Below are positions 7,465-17,000 of a DNA stretch of 34,349 nucleotides, piece by piece (the stretch's first letter is position 1; every line of letters starts with the position of its first letter). The notes beneath the pieces were generated by a model. That model saw nothing but the letters and a program-made list of their open reading frames with translations. It was not told where the DNA came from and did not search any database. Made by a program: the position numbers and the translations under genes. Origin of the DNA: Candidatus Eiseniibacteriota bacterium (GTDB taxonomy: Bacteria; Orphanbacterota; Orphanbacteria; Orphanbacterales; Orphanbacteraceae); contig JBDROZ010000119.1 in NCBI GenBank assembly GCA_043809585.1, positions 1 to 34,349 of the forward strand. The letters run 5' to 3'.

Positions 7465-9921
7465 ATGGAAAGCGCGCTCGAAGCCCGACCGCGGGACAAG
7501 GTCCACGAGTTCCAGGAGGCGATCCGGCGGCACGTCCGTTACTCCCTCGGGCGGGAGTGGAAGAATCTGTCGGGGCGGGAGATTTTCACCGCCGTGGCCC
7601 TCGCCGTTCGGGATCACCTCGTGGACCTCATGTTCGAGACCGAGAACCGGTACCGGGAGGCGGACGCGAAACGCCTCTACTACCTCTCCATGGAATACCT
7701 CATGGGGCGTTCCCTCGGGAACAACCTCATCAACCTCGGCCTCTTCGACATCGCCCGGGAAGCCCTCGACCGGATGGGCATCGATCTCGAGGACGTCCGC
7801 GACGGCGAGAGCGACGCCGCCCTCGGCAACGGCGGGCTCGGCCGCCTCGCGGCCTGCTTCCTCGATTCCCTCGCCACCATGAACCTGCCCGGATTCGGCT
7901 ACGGCATCAACTACGAGTACGGGCTCTTCCGGCAGCAGATTTCGAGCGGACAGCAGCGGGAGAAGCCGGATCACTGGCGTTCGTACGGCACGCCTTGGCA
8001 GATCGAGCGGCCCGACGAGGCGTGCATCGTCCCCGTCGACGGGCGGGTCGAAAGCCTGCGGGACGGGCAGGGCAAGGATCATCCGGTCTGGCGGGACTGG
8101 CGCATCCTGGTCGGCGTCCCCTACGACATGCCGATCGTGGGGTACGGGGGACGGACGACGAACACGCTCCGGCTCTACTCGGCGCGCTCCTCCCACGAAT
8201 TCGACGTGGGAATCTTCAACGGCGGCGACTACCTGCGCGCGGTGGAGCAGAAAGTCGCGTCCGAGACCATCTCCAAGGTCCTCTATCCCTCGGACCTGAT
8301 CGAGGCGGGGAAGGAACTCCGGCTGCTGCAAGAGTACTTCTTCGTCGCCTGCGCCCTCTGGGACATCAGCCAGAAGTACCTTCGGCGCCGGGTCAGCTTC
8401 GACGATTTCCCGTCGAAGGTGGCGATCCAGCTGAACGACACCCACCCCTCCCTCGCCATCGCCGAATTGATGCGGATCCTGATCGACGAGAAGGCGCTCC
8501 GCTGGCGCAAGGCGTGGGCGATCACAAAGAACGTCTTCGGGTACACGAACCACACGCTGCTTCCTGAGGCCCTCGAGCGCTGGCCCGTGGATCTCGTGAG
8601 GCGCGTGGTTCCCCGCCATCTGGAGATCATCCGGGAAATCGACCGGCGGTTCCTGAGGCGCGTCGAACTGATCTGGCCGGGGGACGCCGCCAAGAGGGAG
8701 CGCCTCGCCATCGTGGAGCAGGGGCCCGATCCCCACATCCGCATGGCCCACCTGGCGATCGTGGGCAGCCACTCCGTGAACGGCGTGGCCGAGCTCCACA
8801 CGGACTTGATCAAGACGACGCTGGTGCCCGACTTCTACAAGATGTGGCCCGAGCGGTTCAACTCGAAGACGAACGGCGTCACCCAGCGCCGGTGGCTCCT
8901 GAAGGCGAACCCCCGTCTGGCGGATCTCGTGACCGGCGCGATCGGCGACGGATGGATCACCGATCTGGACCGGCTCCGGGACCTGGAGGGGAGCCTGGAG
9001 GATCGAGGATTCCGGGACGAGTTCGCCGCGATCAAGCGGGAGAACAAGGAGCGCCTCGCCGGGACGATCATGGAGACGACCCAGGAGGCCGTCGATCCGG
9101 ATACGATCTTCGACGTCCAGGTAAAGCGAATCCACGAGTACAAGCGGCAGCTCCTCTCGGTGATGCACATCATCCATCAGTACTTCACCGTCGTGGAGGA
9201 CGGGCAGGACCTGCGGGCCCCCCGGACGTACGTATTCGCCGGCAAGGCGGCGCCGGGCTACTGGGCGGCGAAGCAGATCATCCGGCTGATCCACAACGTG
9301 GGGGCCGTGGTCAACCGGGACCCGCGGGTGCGGGGCCGCCTCAAGGTGGTCTTCATCCCTGACTACCGGGTCTCCCTGGCGGAGAAGATCATCCCCGCCG
9401 CCGACGTTTCGGAGCAGATCTCGACGGCCGGCATGGAGGCGTCGGGAACGGGCAACATGAAGTTCGCCCTGAACGGCGCCCTCACGATCGGGACCCTGGA
9501 CGGGGCGAACGTGGAGATCCAGGATGAGGTGGGCGCCGAGAACATCTTCGTCTTCGGCCTGAAGGCGGCGGAAGTGGAAGAGATGCGGCGGATGAACACC
9601 TACAGCCCGTGGCACTACTACACGAGCCACCACTCGCTTCGGCGCGTCATGGACGCCCTCAATTCGGACCTCTTCTGCCCGAACGAGCCCGGGCTCTTCA
9701 AGTGGATCTTCCAGAAGGTCGTCGACCAGGGCGACTACTACTTCCACCTCGCCGACCTTCCCTCCTACATCGAGAGGCAGAAGGAGGTCGCGGTGGCGTA
9801 CAGCCGGCCGGACGAATGGTGGCGGAAGTCGATCCTCAACGTGGCGCGGATCGGGAAGTTCTCGAGCGACCGCACCATCCGCGAGTACGCCCGGGAGATC
9901 TGGAAGATCAAACCCGTCTGA
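7465..9921 (+). CDS. glgP: Glycogen/alpha-glucan phosphorylase
   Basis: YYLSMEYLMGR, ALGNGGLGRLAACFLDS, QLNDTHP, YTNHTLLPEALE, KRIHEYKRQ and the PLP-lysine motif EASGTGNMKF. Alternative start 7450. Confidence 0.96.
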   Translation: MESALEARPRDKVHEFQEAIRRHVRYSLGREWKNLSGREIFTAVALAVRDHLVDLMFETENRYREADAKRLYYLSMEYLMGRSLGNNLINLGLFDIAREALDRMGIDLEDVRDGESDAALGNGGLGRLAACFLDSLATMNLPGFGYGINYEYGLFRQQISSGQQREKPDHWRSYGTPWQIERPDEACIVPVDGRVESLRDGQGKDHPVWRDWRILVGVPYDMPIVGYGGRTTNTLRLYSARSSHEFDVGIFNGGDYLRAVEQKVASETISKVLYPSDLIEAGKELRLLQEYFFVACALWDISQKYLRRRVSFDDFPSKVAIQLNDTHPSLAIAELMRILIDEKALRWRKAWAITKNVFGYTNHTLLPEALERWPVDLVRRVVPRHLEIIREIDRRFLRRVELIWPGDAAKRERLAIVEQGPDPHIRMAHLAIVGSHSVNGVAELHTDLIKTTLVPDFYKMWPERFNSKTNGVTQRRWLLKANPRLADLVTGAIGDGWITDLDRLRDLEGSLEDRGFRDEFAAIKRENKERLAGTIMETTQEAVDPDTIFDVQVKRIHEYKRQLLSVMHIIHQYFTVVEDGQDLRAPRTYVFAGKAAPGYWAAKQIIRLIHNVGAVVNRDPRVRGRLKVVFIPDYRVSLAEKIIPAADVSEQISTAGMEASGTGNMKFALNGALTIGTLDGANVEIQDEVGAENIFVFGLKAAEVEEMRRMNTYSPWHYYTSHHSLRRVMDALNSDLFCPNEPGLFKWIFQKVVDQGDYYFHLADLPSYIERQKEVAVAYSRPDEWWRKSILNVARIGKFSSDRTIREYAREIWKIKPV

Positions 9922-10006
9922 GCCTCCGCCCCCGGTCCCATCGAGTTTCTGCTGCGGCCCTGAATCGCGGGCGGCGAGGCGGTTCTTCTTCCCGTGACGA
10001 TCAAGG

Positions 10007-12832
10007 CTAAACGTCGTCCTCCCTCGGGAGGAACTGCCGGGCGGCGGCGGAGGCGTAGTCCGCGAGCCGGACCCCCACTTCGACCTCGTGCTCCCGGAAA
10101 CCGACCTCCCGGCGATCCTCGCCCGCCACACGGTAGACCACAACCGATCCGATCAGGTCGTCGCCCGACAGGAGGGGGAGCGCGAGAACCGCCGCGGTGT
10201 TCGCCTTCTCGAGGAAGGGGCGGATCTCGTCGGTTCGGACATCCCGGTCCCGACACGGTTTTCCCCGGACGGCGGTGACGGCGACCATCTTTTCGTCGAG
10301 CCTGGCCAGGGGCTCCTCGGGCGTCGGCATCGACGTGCCCTGGGTCGCGAGCAGGTCGTAGGAAGCCGTGTCGCGGCTCCCCGGCTCGGCGTCCGGCCGG
10401 AGGAGGCGAACCGTCGCCACGTCCGACTCGAGCACGGTGGCCGCGCAAAAGGCGACCAGCTTCGCGAGCCCGATCCGATCCCGGGCGGCGGTGAAAGCCA
10501 CCCCCATCTCGCTGATCGCGGAGAGCATGGTCACCTTCTTCCTCGAGTCCGAGTGGGCGCAGGCGTCGCCGATCAGGAGCCCCACGGAGGAGGCGATGGA
10601 CGAGACAAGCCCGAACCGGTTCTCGTCGAAGTCCCCCCTCGTTATGTCCTCGATCCCGACCACGCCCTTCAGGTCGGTTTGGTGGAGAACCGGTACGGCC
10701 ATGTAGGTGCGGACCGGTTCCTGGTCGGAGGGGTCGCTCCGAAGGACGAGAGTCCGGCGTTCCTTCGCCACGTGCCCGATGATGCCCTTGCCGACCGGCA
10801 CGTGGTAGGCCGCGAGGGTGTCGACGCCGATGCCGGACGCCGCCTGGAGGACGAGGGCCTTCCGCTCCGCGTCGGCGAGGTAGATGGCGCAGACGTCGAC
10901 CTCGAGCATCTCGACGATCTTGTCGGCGATGAGCCCGAGTTTCCGGTTCAGGTCCTCCCCGGAGAAGGCGATCGCTTCGATCTCGGCCCTCACGGAGAGT
11001 TCGAAGGAACGGAGCCGTGACCGCTCGATCTGGCGCGACTGGTCGAGGGCCCCCCCGATCTGGCGGCCGAAGACGGCCACTCGATCGAGTTCCTTCTCCT
11101 CCAGAACGGGGCTGTCGGAAGGACAGTTGACGGAGAGGGTGCCGATCACATTCCGGCCCGCGAAGAGGGGGACGCAGACCGACGACTGGATGTCGGGCCG
11201 CCCCCCCATGCCGCGGAACCGGCGGTCGCCGATCCGTCCTTGAAGCAGCAGGGGTTCGCCGCTCTCCGCCACGCGGCCGGCGATCCCCTCGCCGAGCCGT
11301 TGCCTGGTCTTCCGCGCCACTCCCTCCGGGATGCCCTTCGACGCCAGGATCCGAAGCTCCCGGGTCTCGTCGTCGATCAACATCAGGCTCCCCGTCTTCC
11401 CCCCGGTCATGGCAAGGGCCATCTCGAGCACACGGCCGGCGAGCCGCCTGAAATCGAGGAGCAGTTCGAGGGCGCCCAGAAGCCCCGCCACCTCGCCCGT
11501 AGGCGCCGGGACGGGGGGCGCCGGCGTTTCGAGGCGCGGCGCCCTTTCGGGGGCGATGGTCGAGAGGGTCTCTTCGATCTCTTCCTTCGCGACCACCTCT
11601 TCCCGCTCCCCGTCCGGCCCTTCCTCGAGCCGCTCATCCGGTTCGGCCCCGCCCGGGGACCGCGCATCCTCCTCGTATCCCTCTTCGTCTTCTCCGTCCT
11701 TTTCCGGCCGGTCAGGCCCGCCCGCCGGTCCGCCGACATGCCCGTCCCCGGCGCCGAGAAGAACCACGCCGTACCGGGTCTTTTCCGGGTCCCCCGCCGC
11801 GCCCGGCTCTCCCTCGGGCTCCTCCGCCTCTCCCGCCATTTCCCCGCCGAACCGCTCCCCGAACACCGCCTCCGTCACGATCCGGAGATTCTCTTCCCGC
11901 CTCGCCTTCCCCAGGATGCCGAGAAGGGGGAGGTCGCCGAGAGTGTCCCGCGCCTTCGCGGCCCGGTCGGCGAGAACGAGTACCGGCACCGTGGGCGCGT
12001 ACGCGGTGAGCCGCCGGCAAAGGTCGATCATTTCCTCCCCCTTCTCCTCGGGGAGGACCACCACGGAGAGACCGTAACCGGCGGGATCGTTCTTCTCCCA
12101 CGCCTCCTTCGGCGACTCGACGATGGTGACGTCCTCGAGGCCCGCCTCGCGCACGGCGCGGCTGAGAAGCACCGCGTCCCACGGGCTTCGGTCCGCGATG
12201 AGCACGCGCCGGCCTTTGGGGGGCGGCCAGAGACGAAGACGGTCGGGCGAGATCATCGCCTCGGGACCGAGAGGGACGGTGTGCGCGGCGAGGCCGCTCG
12301 GAGTTTGGTTGTGAGGCACTTGGGCACCTCCTCCCGCCGGGCGGGGCGGGGATGGGTCGGTGGAAGATCTCGAGGCCGTTTCTTCTTCGTGTGCGGCCCG
12401 GCGGTGGATCCATAGGAGCAACCTCCGCGACTCCGGATCGCCGGAGTCCCAGACCGCCGCCTTGCCCCTATAGGTTTCCGCGCCGCCCCCCGTTCCCCTC
12501 CCCCCGCCGATCCGCCGGAAATCGCGGGCGCCCCCCTCGAGAAGAAGGGAACGGAGCGCCTCGGCCAGAGTCCGGCCCGGGGCCACCTCGGACCGGAGGA
12601 AGGGGTGGTCGCCGGCGAGGGAAATCTCCCCGCCGGGAGCGGCGCCCGTGATTTTCCGGAAGGGACCGTTGCAGGCGCGAACGCGGAACTTCCCGTCGAG
12701 CACCGCGACCGCGTCGGGCACCAACTCGAGAAGGGCGTCGCTGAACGCGAGCAGGTACGAAAGGTCCTCCCGAAGCAAATCGAGAGGGGTCCTCTCCCCC
12801 GCCGGCCCGCCGTCGTCACGGGTGTTCGTCAT
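10007..12832 (-). CDS. PAS / degenerate receiver / three-GAF signalling protein
   Basis: PAS (LLELVPDAVAVLD...CNGPF). REC-like segment RVLIAD...VPVLVLA. GAFs with GEGIAGRVAESGEP..SVCVPL, GKGIIGHVAKE..MAVPV and LALPLLSGDDLIGSV. ATG 12832 with GGAG; alternative TTG 12868. Confidence 0.75.
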   Translation of the reverse strand: MTNTRDDGGPAGERTPLDLLREDLSYLLAFSDALLELVPDAVAVLDGKFRVRACNGPFRKITGAAPGGEISLAGDHPFLRSEVAPGRTLAEALRSLLLEGGARDFRRIGGGRGTGGGAETYRGKAAVWDSGDPESRRLLLWIHRRAAHEEETASRSSTDPSPPRPAGGGAQVPHNQTPSGLAAHTVPLGPEAMISPDRLRLWPPPKGRRVLIADRSPWDAVLLSRAVREAGLEDVTIVESPKEAWEKNDPAGYGLSVVVLPEEKGEEMIDLCRRLTAYAPTVPVLVLADRAAKARDTLGDLPLLGILGKARREENLRIVTEAVFGERFGGEMAGEAEEPEGEPGAAGDPEKTRYGVVLLGAGDGHVGGPAGGPDRPEKDGEDEEGYEEDARSPGGAEPDERLEEGPDGEREEVVAKEEIEETLSTIAPERAPRLETPAPPVPAPTGEVAGLLGALELLLDFRRLAGRVLEMALAMTGGKTGSLMLIDDETRELRILASKGIPEGVARKTRQRLGEGIAGRVAESGEPLLLQGRIGDRRFRGMGGRPDIQSSVCVPLFAGRNVIGTLSVNCPSDSPVLEEKELDRVAVFGRQIGGALDQSRQIERSRLRSFELSVRAEIEAIAFSGEDLNRKLGLIADKIVEMLEVDVCAIYLADAERKALVLQAASGIGVDTLAAYHVPVGKGIIGHVAKERRTLVLRSDPSDQEPVRTYMAVPVLHQTDLKGVVGIEDITRGDFDENRFGLVSSIASSVGLLIGDACAHSDSRKKVTMLSAISEMGVAFTAARDRIGLAKLVAFCAATVLESDVATVRLLRPDAEPGSRDTASYDLLATQGTSMPTPEEPLARLDEKMVAVTAVRGKPCRDRDVRTDEIRPFLEKANTAAVLALPLLSGDDLIGSVVVYRVAGEDRREVGFREHEVEVGVRLADYASAAARQFLPREDDV

Positions 12833-13147
12833 TACTCTCCGCGGCGTCCGGGTAACCCCTGACGCCAAGAACGAAAAAACGGATCAATCCTTACCAAGGA
12901 TCGGCCCCGGCGCCGGTTCTCTTGAGAGGATTCACCGGCCCGAACCCCTTGCGGCTCGGCGAATTGGGGGACACTACACTTAAGCTCGATTCTTCAAAGG
13001 ACTCACACGTCTCGGGCCGAGTCGGGAGCCGGGGGGGCAGGCGCCGTAGGGGATTCGTGCCTAATCCGGGTCGAGGTTAGGCATTGTGTCTTCCGAATTC
13101 GGCATGGCATGATCGGGTCGGATCCCCTAGCCGAGAGGAGTGTCAGG

Positions 13148-13951
13148 ATGGACTACGTCGTCGAGCTCGAGGCCGATCACCCGGGGTTTCACGACCCGGA
13201 GTACCGAAAGCGCCGCGACGAGATCGCGCACCTCGCCCCCCCCCTCGACTCGGACGGAGGACCGGAACCGGTCGATTACAACGAGCAGGAGCGGAAGACG
13301 TGGGAAACGGCGTACGAGAAGCTGACCGCCCTCTACCCGACCCACGCCTGCGCCCCCTTCGTGAAGGTGCACCGGGAGATCGGATTCTCGGGCCGGGAGG
13401 TGCCCCAGCTCGTCGACGTCAGCGCCTTTCTCACGGAGAAGACCGGCTTCCGCCTCCAGCCCGTGGCCGGCCTCGTCGGGCCCCGGCAGTTTCTCGGCAA
13501 GCTCGCGAAGAGGACCTTCTGCGCCACCCAGTACATCCGCCACCATACGGAGCCGCTTTACACGCCGGAGCCGGACATCATCCACGAGCTGATGGGCCAT
13601 GCGCCGATGCTCGCGGTGAAGGAGTTCGCCGACCTCTCGCAGAAGATCGGCGAGGGATCGTTCAAGGCGAACGACACGCAGATCGTGCAGCTCGCCACGC
13701 TCTACTGGTTCACCATCGAGTACGGCGTTCTCCTCGAGGAGGGGAAGCCGAAAGCCTACGGCGCGGGACTCCTCTCCAGCTTCGGCGAGCTGGAGCACTC
13801 CCTCTCGGGAAAGGTCGAGATCAGGCCCTTCGATCCCTTCGAAGCGGCGACGACGGCCTATCCGATCACCGAGTACCAGCCTCTTCTCTGGAGCGTGAAG
13901 TCCATCGGCGAAGCGTTCGAGAAGATGGAGGAGTTCGTGAAGGGGATGTAA
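13148..13951 (+). CDS. phhA: Phenylalanine 4-monooxygenase (pterin-dependent aromatic amino acid hydroxylase)
   Basis: GAGGAG RBS, ATG 13148. TQYIRH, YTPEPDIIHELMGH (two iron-binding His), YWFTIEYG (iron-binding Glu) and AYGAGLLSSFGEL. Confidence 0.93.
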   Translation: MDYVVELEADHPGFHDPEYRKRRDEIAHLAPPLDSDGGPEPVDYNEQERKTWETAYEKLTALYPTHACAPFVKVHREIGFSGREVPQLVDVSAFLTEKTGFRLQPVAGLVGPRQFLGKLAKRTFCATQYIRHHTEPLYTPEPDIIHELMGHAPMLAVKEFADLSQKIGEGSFKANDTQIVQLATLYWFTIEYGVLLEEGKPKAYGAGLLSSFGELEHSLSGKVEIRPFDPFEAATTAYPITEYQPLLWSVKSIGEAFEKMEEFVKGM

Positions 13952-13953
13952 GA

Positions 13954-13984
13954 AGCCCTCCTCCGGCAAGGCCGGAAGAGGGCT
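13954..13984. terminator. Hairpin between convergent genes (probable bidirectional terminator)
   Basis: AGCCCTC-CTCCGGC-AAG-GCCGGAA-GAGGGCT between stops at 13951 (+) and 14012 (-). U tails are weak. Confidence 0.5.
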
Positions 13985-14011
13985 CGATCGTTCTCAGCGT
14001 CTTCGCCCGCC

Positions 14012-17000
14012 CTACCGGACGAGGGTGATCTGCCGGACCTGCAGGAACCCGGAGGCCTCGAACCTCACGAAGTAGATCCCGGAGGTCACGTCCCGGCCCG
14101 ATCCGTTCTTGCCGTCCCAGAGGACCTCGTGCCGTCCCGCCGGAACCGTGGCGTTGATAAGCGTCGCCACCTCGCGGCCCGCGATGTCGTACACCCGGAT
14201 GAGGGCGCGCCCCTCGGTGGGCATGGAGAATCCGATCGTGGTCCGCGGGTTGAACGGGTTCGGCCGTCCCGGCTCGAGCCCGAACGCGAGAGGCACCTCG
14301 GGCGACCCCTCGGCGATGCCGGTGGCGTAGTCGTTCGTCGCGGTGATCAGGATGTCGTCGACCGCCGCCTCCACGAGAGAGCCGTTCGCGTCGTCGGAAG
14401 CGATGAAACGGAACCGCACCTGATTGGTGAGCGAGATCGTGTCGTCCAGGGCGAAGCTCCGCACGACCCAGGCGTTCGTGCTCGCCGTCGTGTACTCCAG
14501 GTTCTTCCACGTGGAGCCGTTGTCCGTCACCTGCACGTTCCAGATGTCGGAGTTCGGCGAGCTTCCGTAGCTGTTCGTGTACCAGACGGCGTAGCTCAGG
14601 GAGGCCAGGGAGTAGCCGGTGAGATCGAAGACCGGCGAGAGCAGGGTCGTCTGCCTGCCGTCCACGTCGTTGTCCCCCGCGGCCCCGCCGACGGCCCCGT
14701 TGCCCGTGACGAAGCAGATCGTCCCCGGATCCGGCGTGTGGTCGTCTTCGGGCTGCACCTCGCTCCCGCTGTAATCGGTCCCCACCGGATCGGCATGGAT
14801 CCAGACGCCTGTCGTGGCGTCGTCCCCCGCGACGCCGAGGGTCCAGCCGTTGTTGGTCTCGAAGTCGTCGTCGACCACGATCGCGATCTGGGAAACGATG
14901 AATCGGTGCATGTCGAACGGCGCCCCCGGCGGATCGATGGTGATCTGATCGAGCCCGTCCCGGGCGTAGACGAAGTACTCGACGATGGACGTGTACGGCT
15001 GCCCCGGGATCTCCCCCTGGAACTGGCCGGGCCCGATCGAGTCGAGCTGCACCGTGAGAAGTTCGGCATTCCAGTTGGTCCGGTAGTGGATCCGCCTCTG
15101 GGGAAGCCCGGAGAACTCCTCGATGGTGACAGGGATGACGTACGGGCCGGTGACGTCATCCGTGTCCTCATGGGGCGTCACGGTGACGATCGGCCCGGCG
15201 TTGTCCACGAGGCCGAAGTCCTGGATCGTCATCTGGCTCTCGGTGATGGAAACCCCCGCGACCGTGTCCGGCTCGAATCCGGCGCGGGAGGCGACCACCG
15301 TGTAGGTCCCCGGCGCCACGGAACCGCTGAACGTCCCGTCCGCCCCGCTCGGGAAGGAACGGCCCGTGCCGAGCACTTCGACCATGGCGCCGGCGACCGG
15401 AGTGTTGTTGTAGGAGGTGTTCCGCACCGTCCCCGACAGGAACCCGTAGGCGGTTTCCAGCATCGGGAGGAATCGGATCGCCCGGCCGGCGGCGAGCGTG
15501 GTCGCGCCGGCGGAGTACCGGTTCCAGTAGGTGATGAGTATGCCGTCGAGCTGGTCCGGGCTCTCGATGCCGACCGTGGCGTATCCCTCGGTCGGATCGT
15601 AGTTGGTCACCTGCTGGTACTGGAACTCGATCATGCCGTCCCCCGTGTCGGTCGTGTGGAAGGCGGGATCGTAGAGGATCACCTCGAAGGTCTCGACCGC
15701 CCCGCCCACGGCGTTCCGATACCGGCTCCACTCGAAGATCCAGCGGTGATTCACCGCCTCGTACTTGTAGTACGCCTGGGAAGCGGGGGCGGAGGTCGTC
15801 GTGTACAGGTCGTCCCAGAAGGGAGCGATCATGGCGTCGGGGCCGCCCGCGCCCGGGATCGTCCAGTTCCGATAGGAAAAGCTCTCGCTCACGCCCATGG
15901 CGATCCAGCCGTTGGAGCAGACGGTCACCTGGTCGTAAGACCGACCGTAGTAGTTGAAGGTGAAGGGGAGAGTCAGCACCTCGTTCACGCCGTAGTCGTC
16001 GCCCGCGTAGTCGAGATTGACGTGGGTGCCGCCGCTGCCGCCGTAGGCGGGGTCGAGCTCGATCCAGCTGTAGGTCGGCGCTTCGGGGTAGGCGGTGTCC
16101 ACGTTCTCGTATGCCAGATACCCATAGGCGTCGGGCCCGGTGGGATCGTTGTTGCTCACCTGGCCGACGGTCAGGCCGAAGGGGATCGTGTCGATCCGGC
16201 CGCCGTCGAACTGGGCGATCAGGAGCATGCTCGCCGAGTAGCCTTCGTAGACGTTCGATGACGCGGAGACCGTGAAGCGGTCACCCGAGTTGTTTCCGGT
16301 TCCGCCCGTCCCGATCGTCCCGAACGTCCCCTGGGCATCACCCACGCTGACATACGAACTCTGGGAAACCAGGGTTCCCGTCATGCTGCCGGCGGCGACG
16401 CCGCCGCTGTTGTAAACCGTCACGGCGAGATCCACCGTCTCGCCCGGATCGAGGCCGTTCCCGCCGTCGTTGTAGAAGGTGCGGCTCTGGTAGAGCAGCT
16501 CCGCGGAGACCACGTCCAGCTCAATAAGCGAGTGCCAGTCGTCGACGCCGTTTGTGGCGTCGAGGCCGAGCCGGAGGACGTGGCCGTCCGGGCAGCCCGG
16601 GGCGACTACGATATCGAAGTCCTCCGCGCTCCAGGCCGTGCCTCCGGAGCCGATGGTCCCGAAGCTCTCCGCGTTGTCCGTGATCGTCACGAACGGGTCG
16701 CTCTCGGTCAGCGTCGCCGTCACTCCCGACACCGACGAACCGCCGAAGTTCCGGAGCTGCACCGGCAGCTCGATCGTCTCGTTCGGGTTGATCACGCCGT
16801 CCCCGTTGCCGCTGCTCCCCCCCGACCCGTCATCATCGATGGTCGCCGCCGCGTATCCCACGTGGTCCCCGGCCGACACGTTCACGGTGGCGAGGTACGG
16901 GTGGAGGTTGTGCTTCGTCACGGTCAGGTACATGGAACCGGCGGTGACGTTCGTGAGCGGGAGCTCGACGAGGCCGTTCTCGTCGGTGTAGCCGGTCACG

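Noticed and set aside
6377-13951. phhA-phhB operon
   Set aside because: The genes are separated by ferritin, glgP and an oppositely oriented gene, so they are not co-transcribed.
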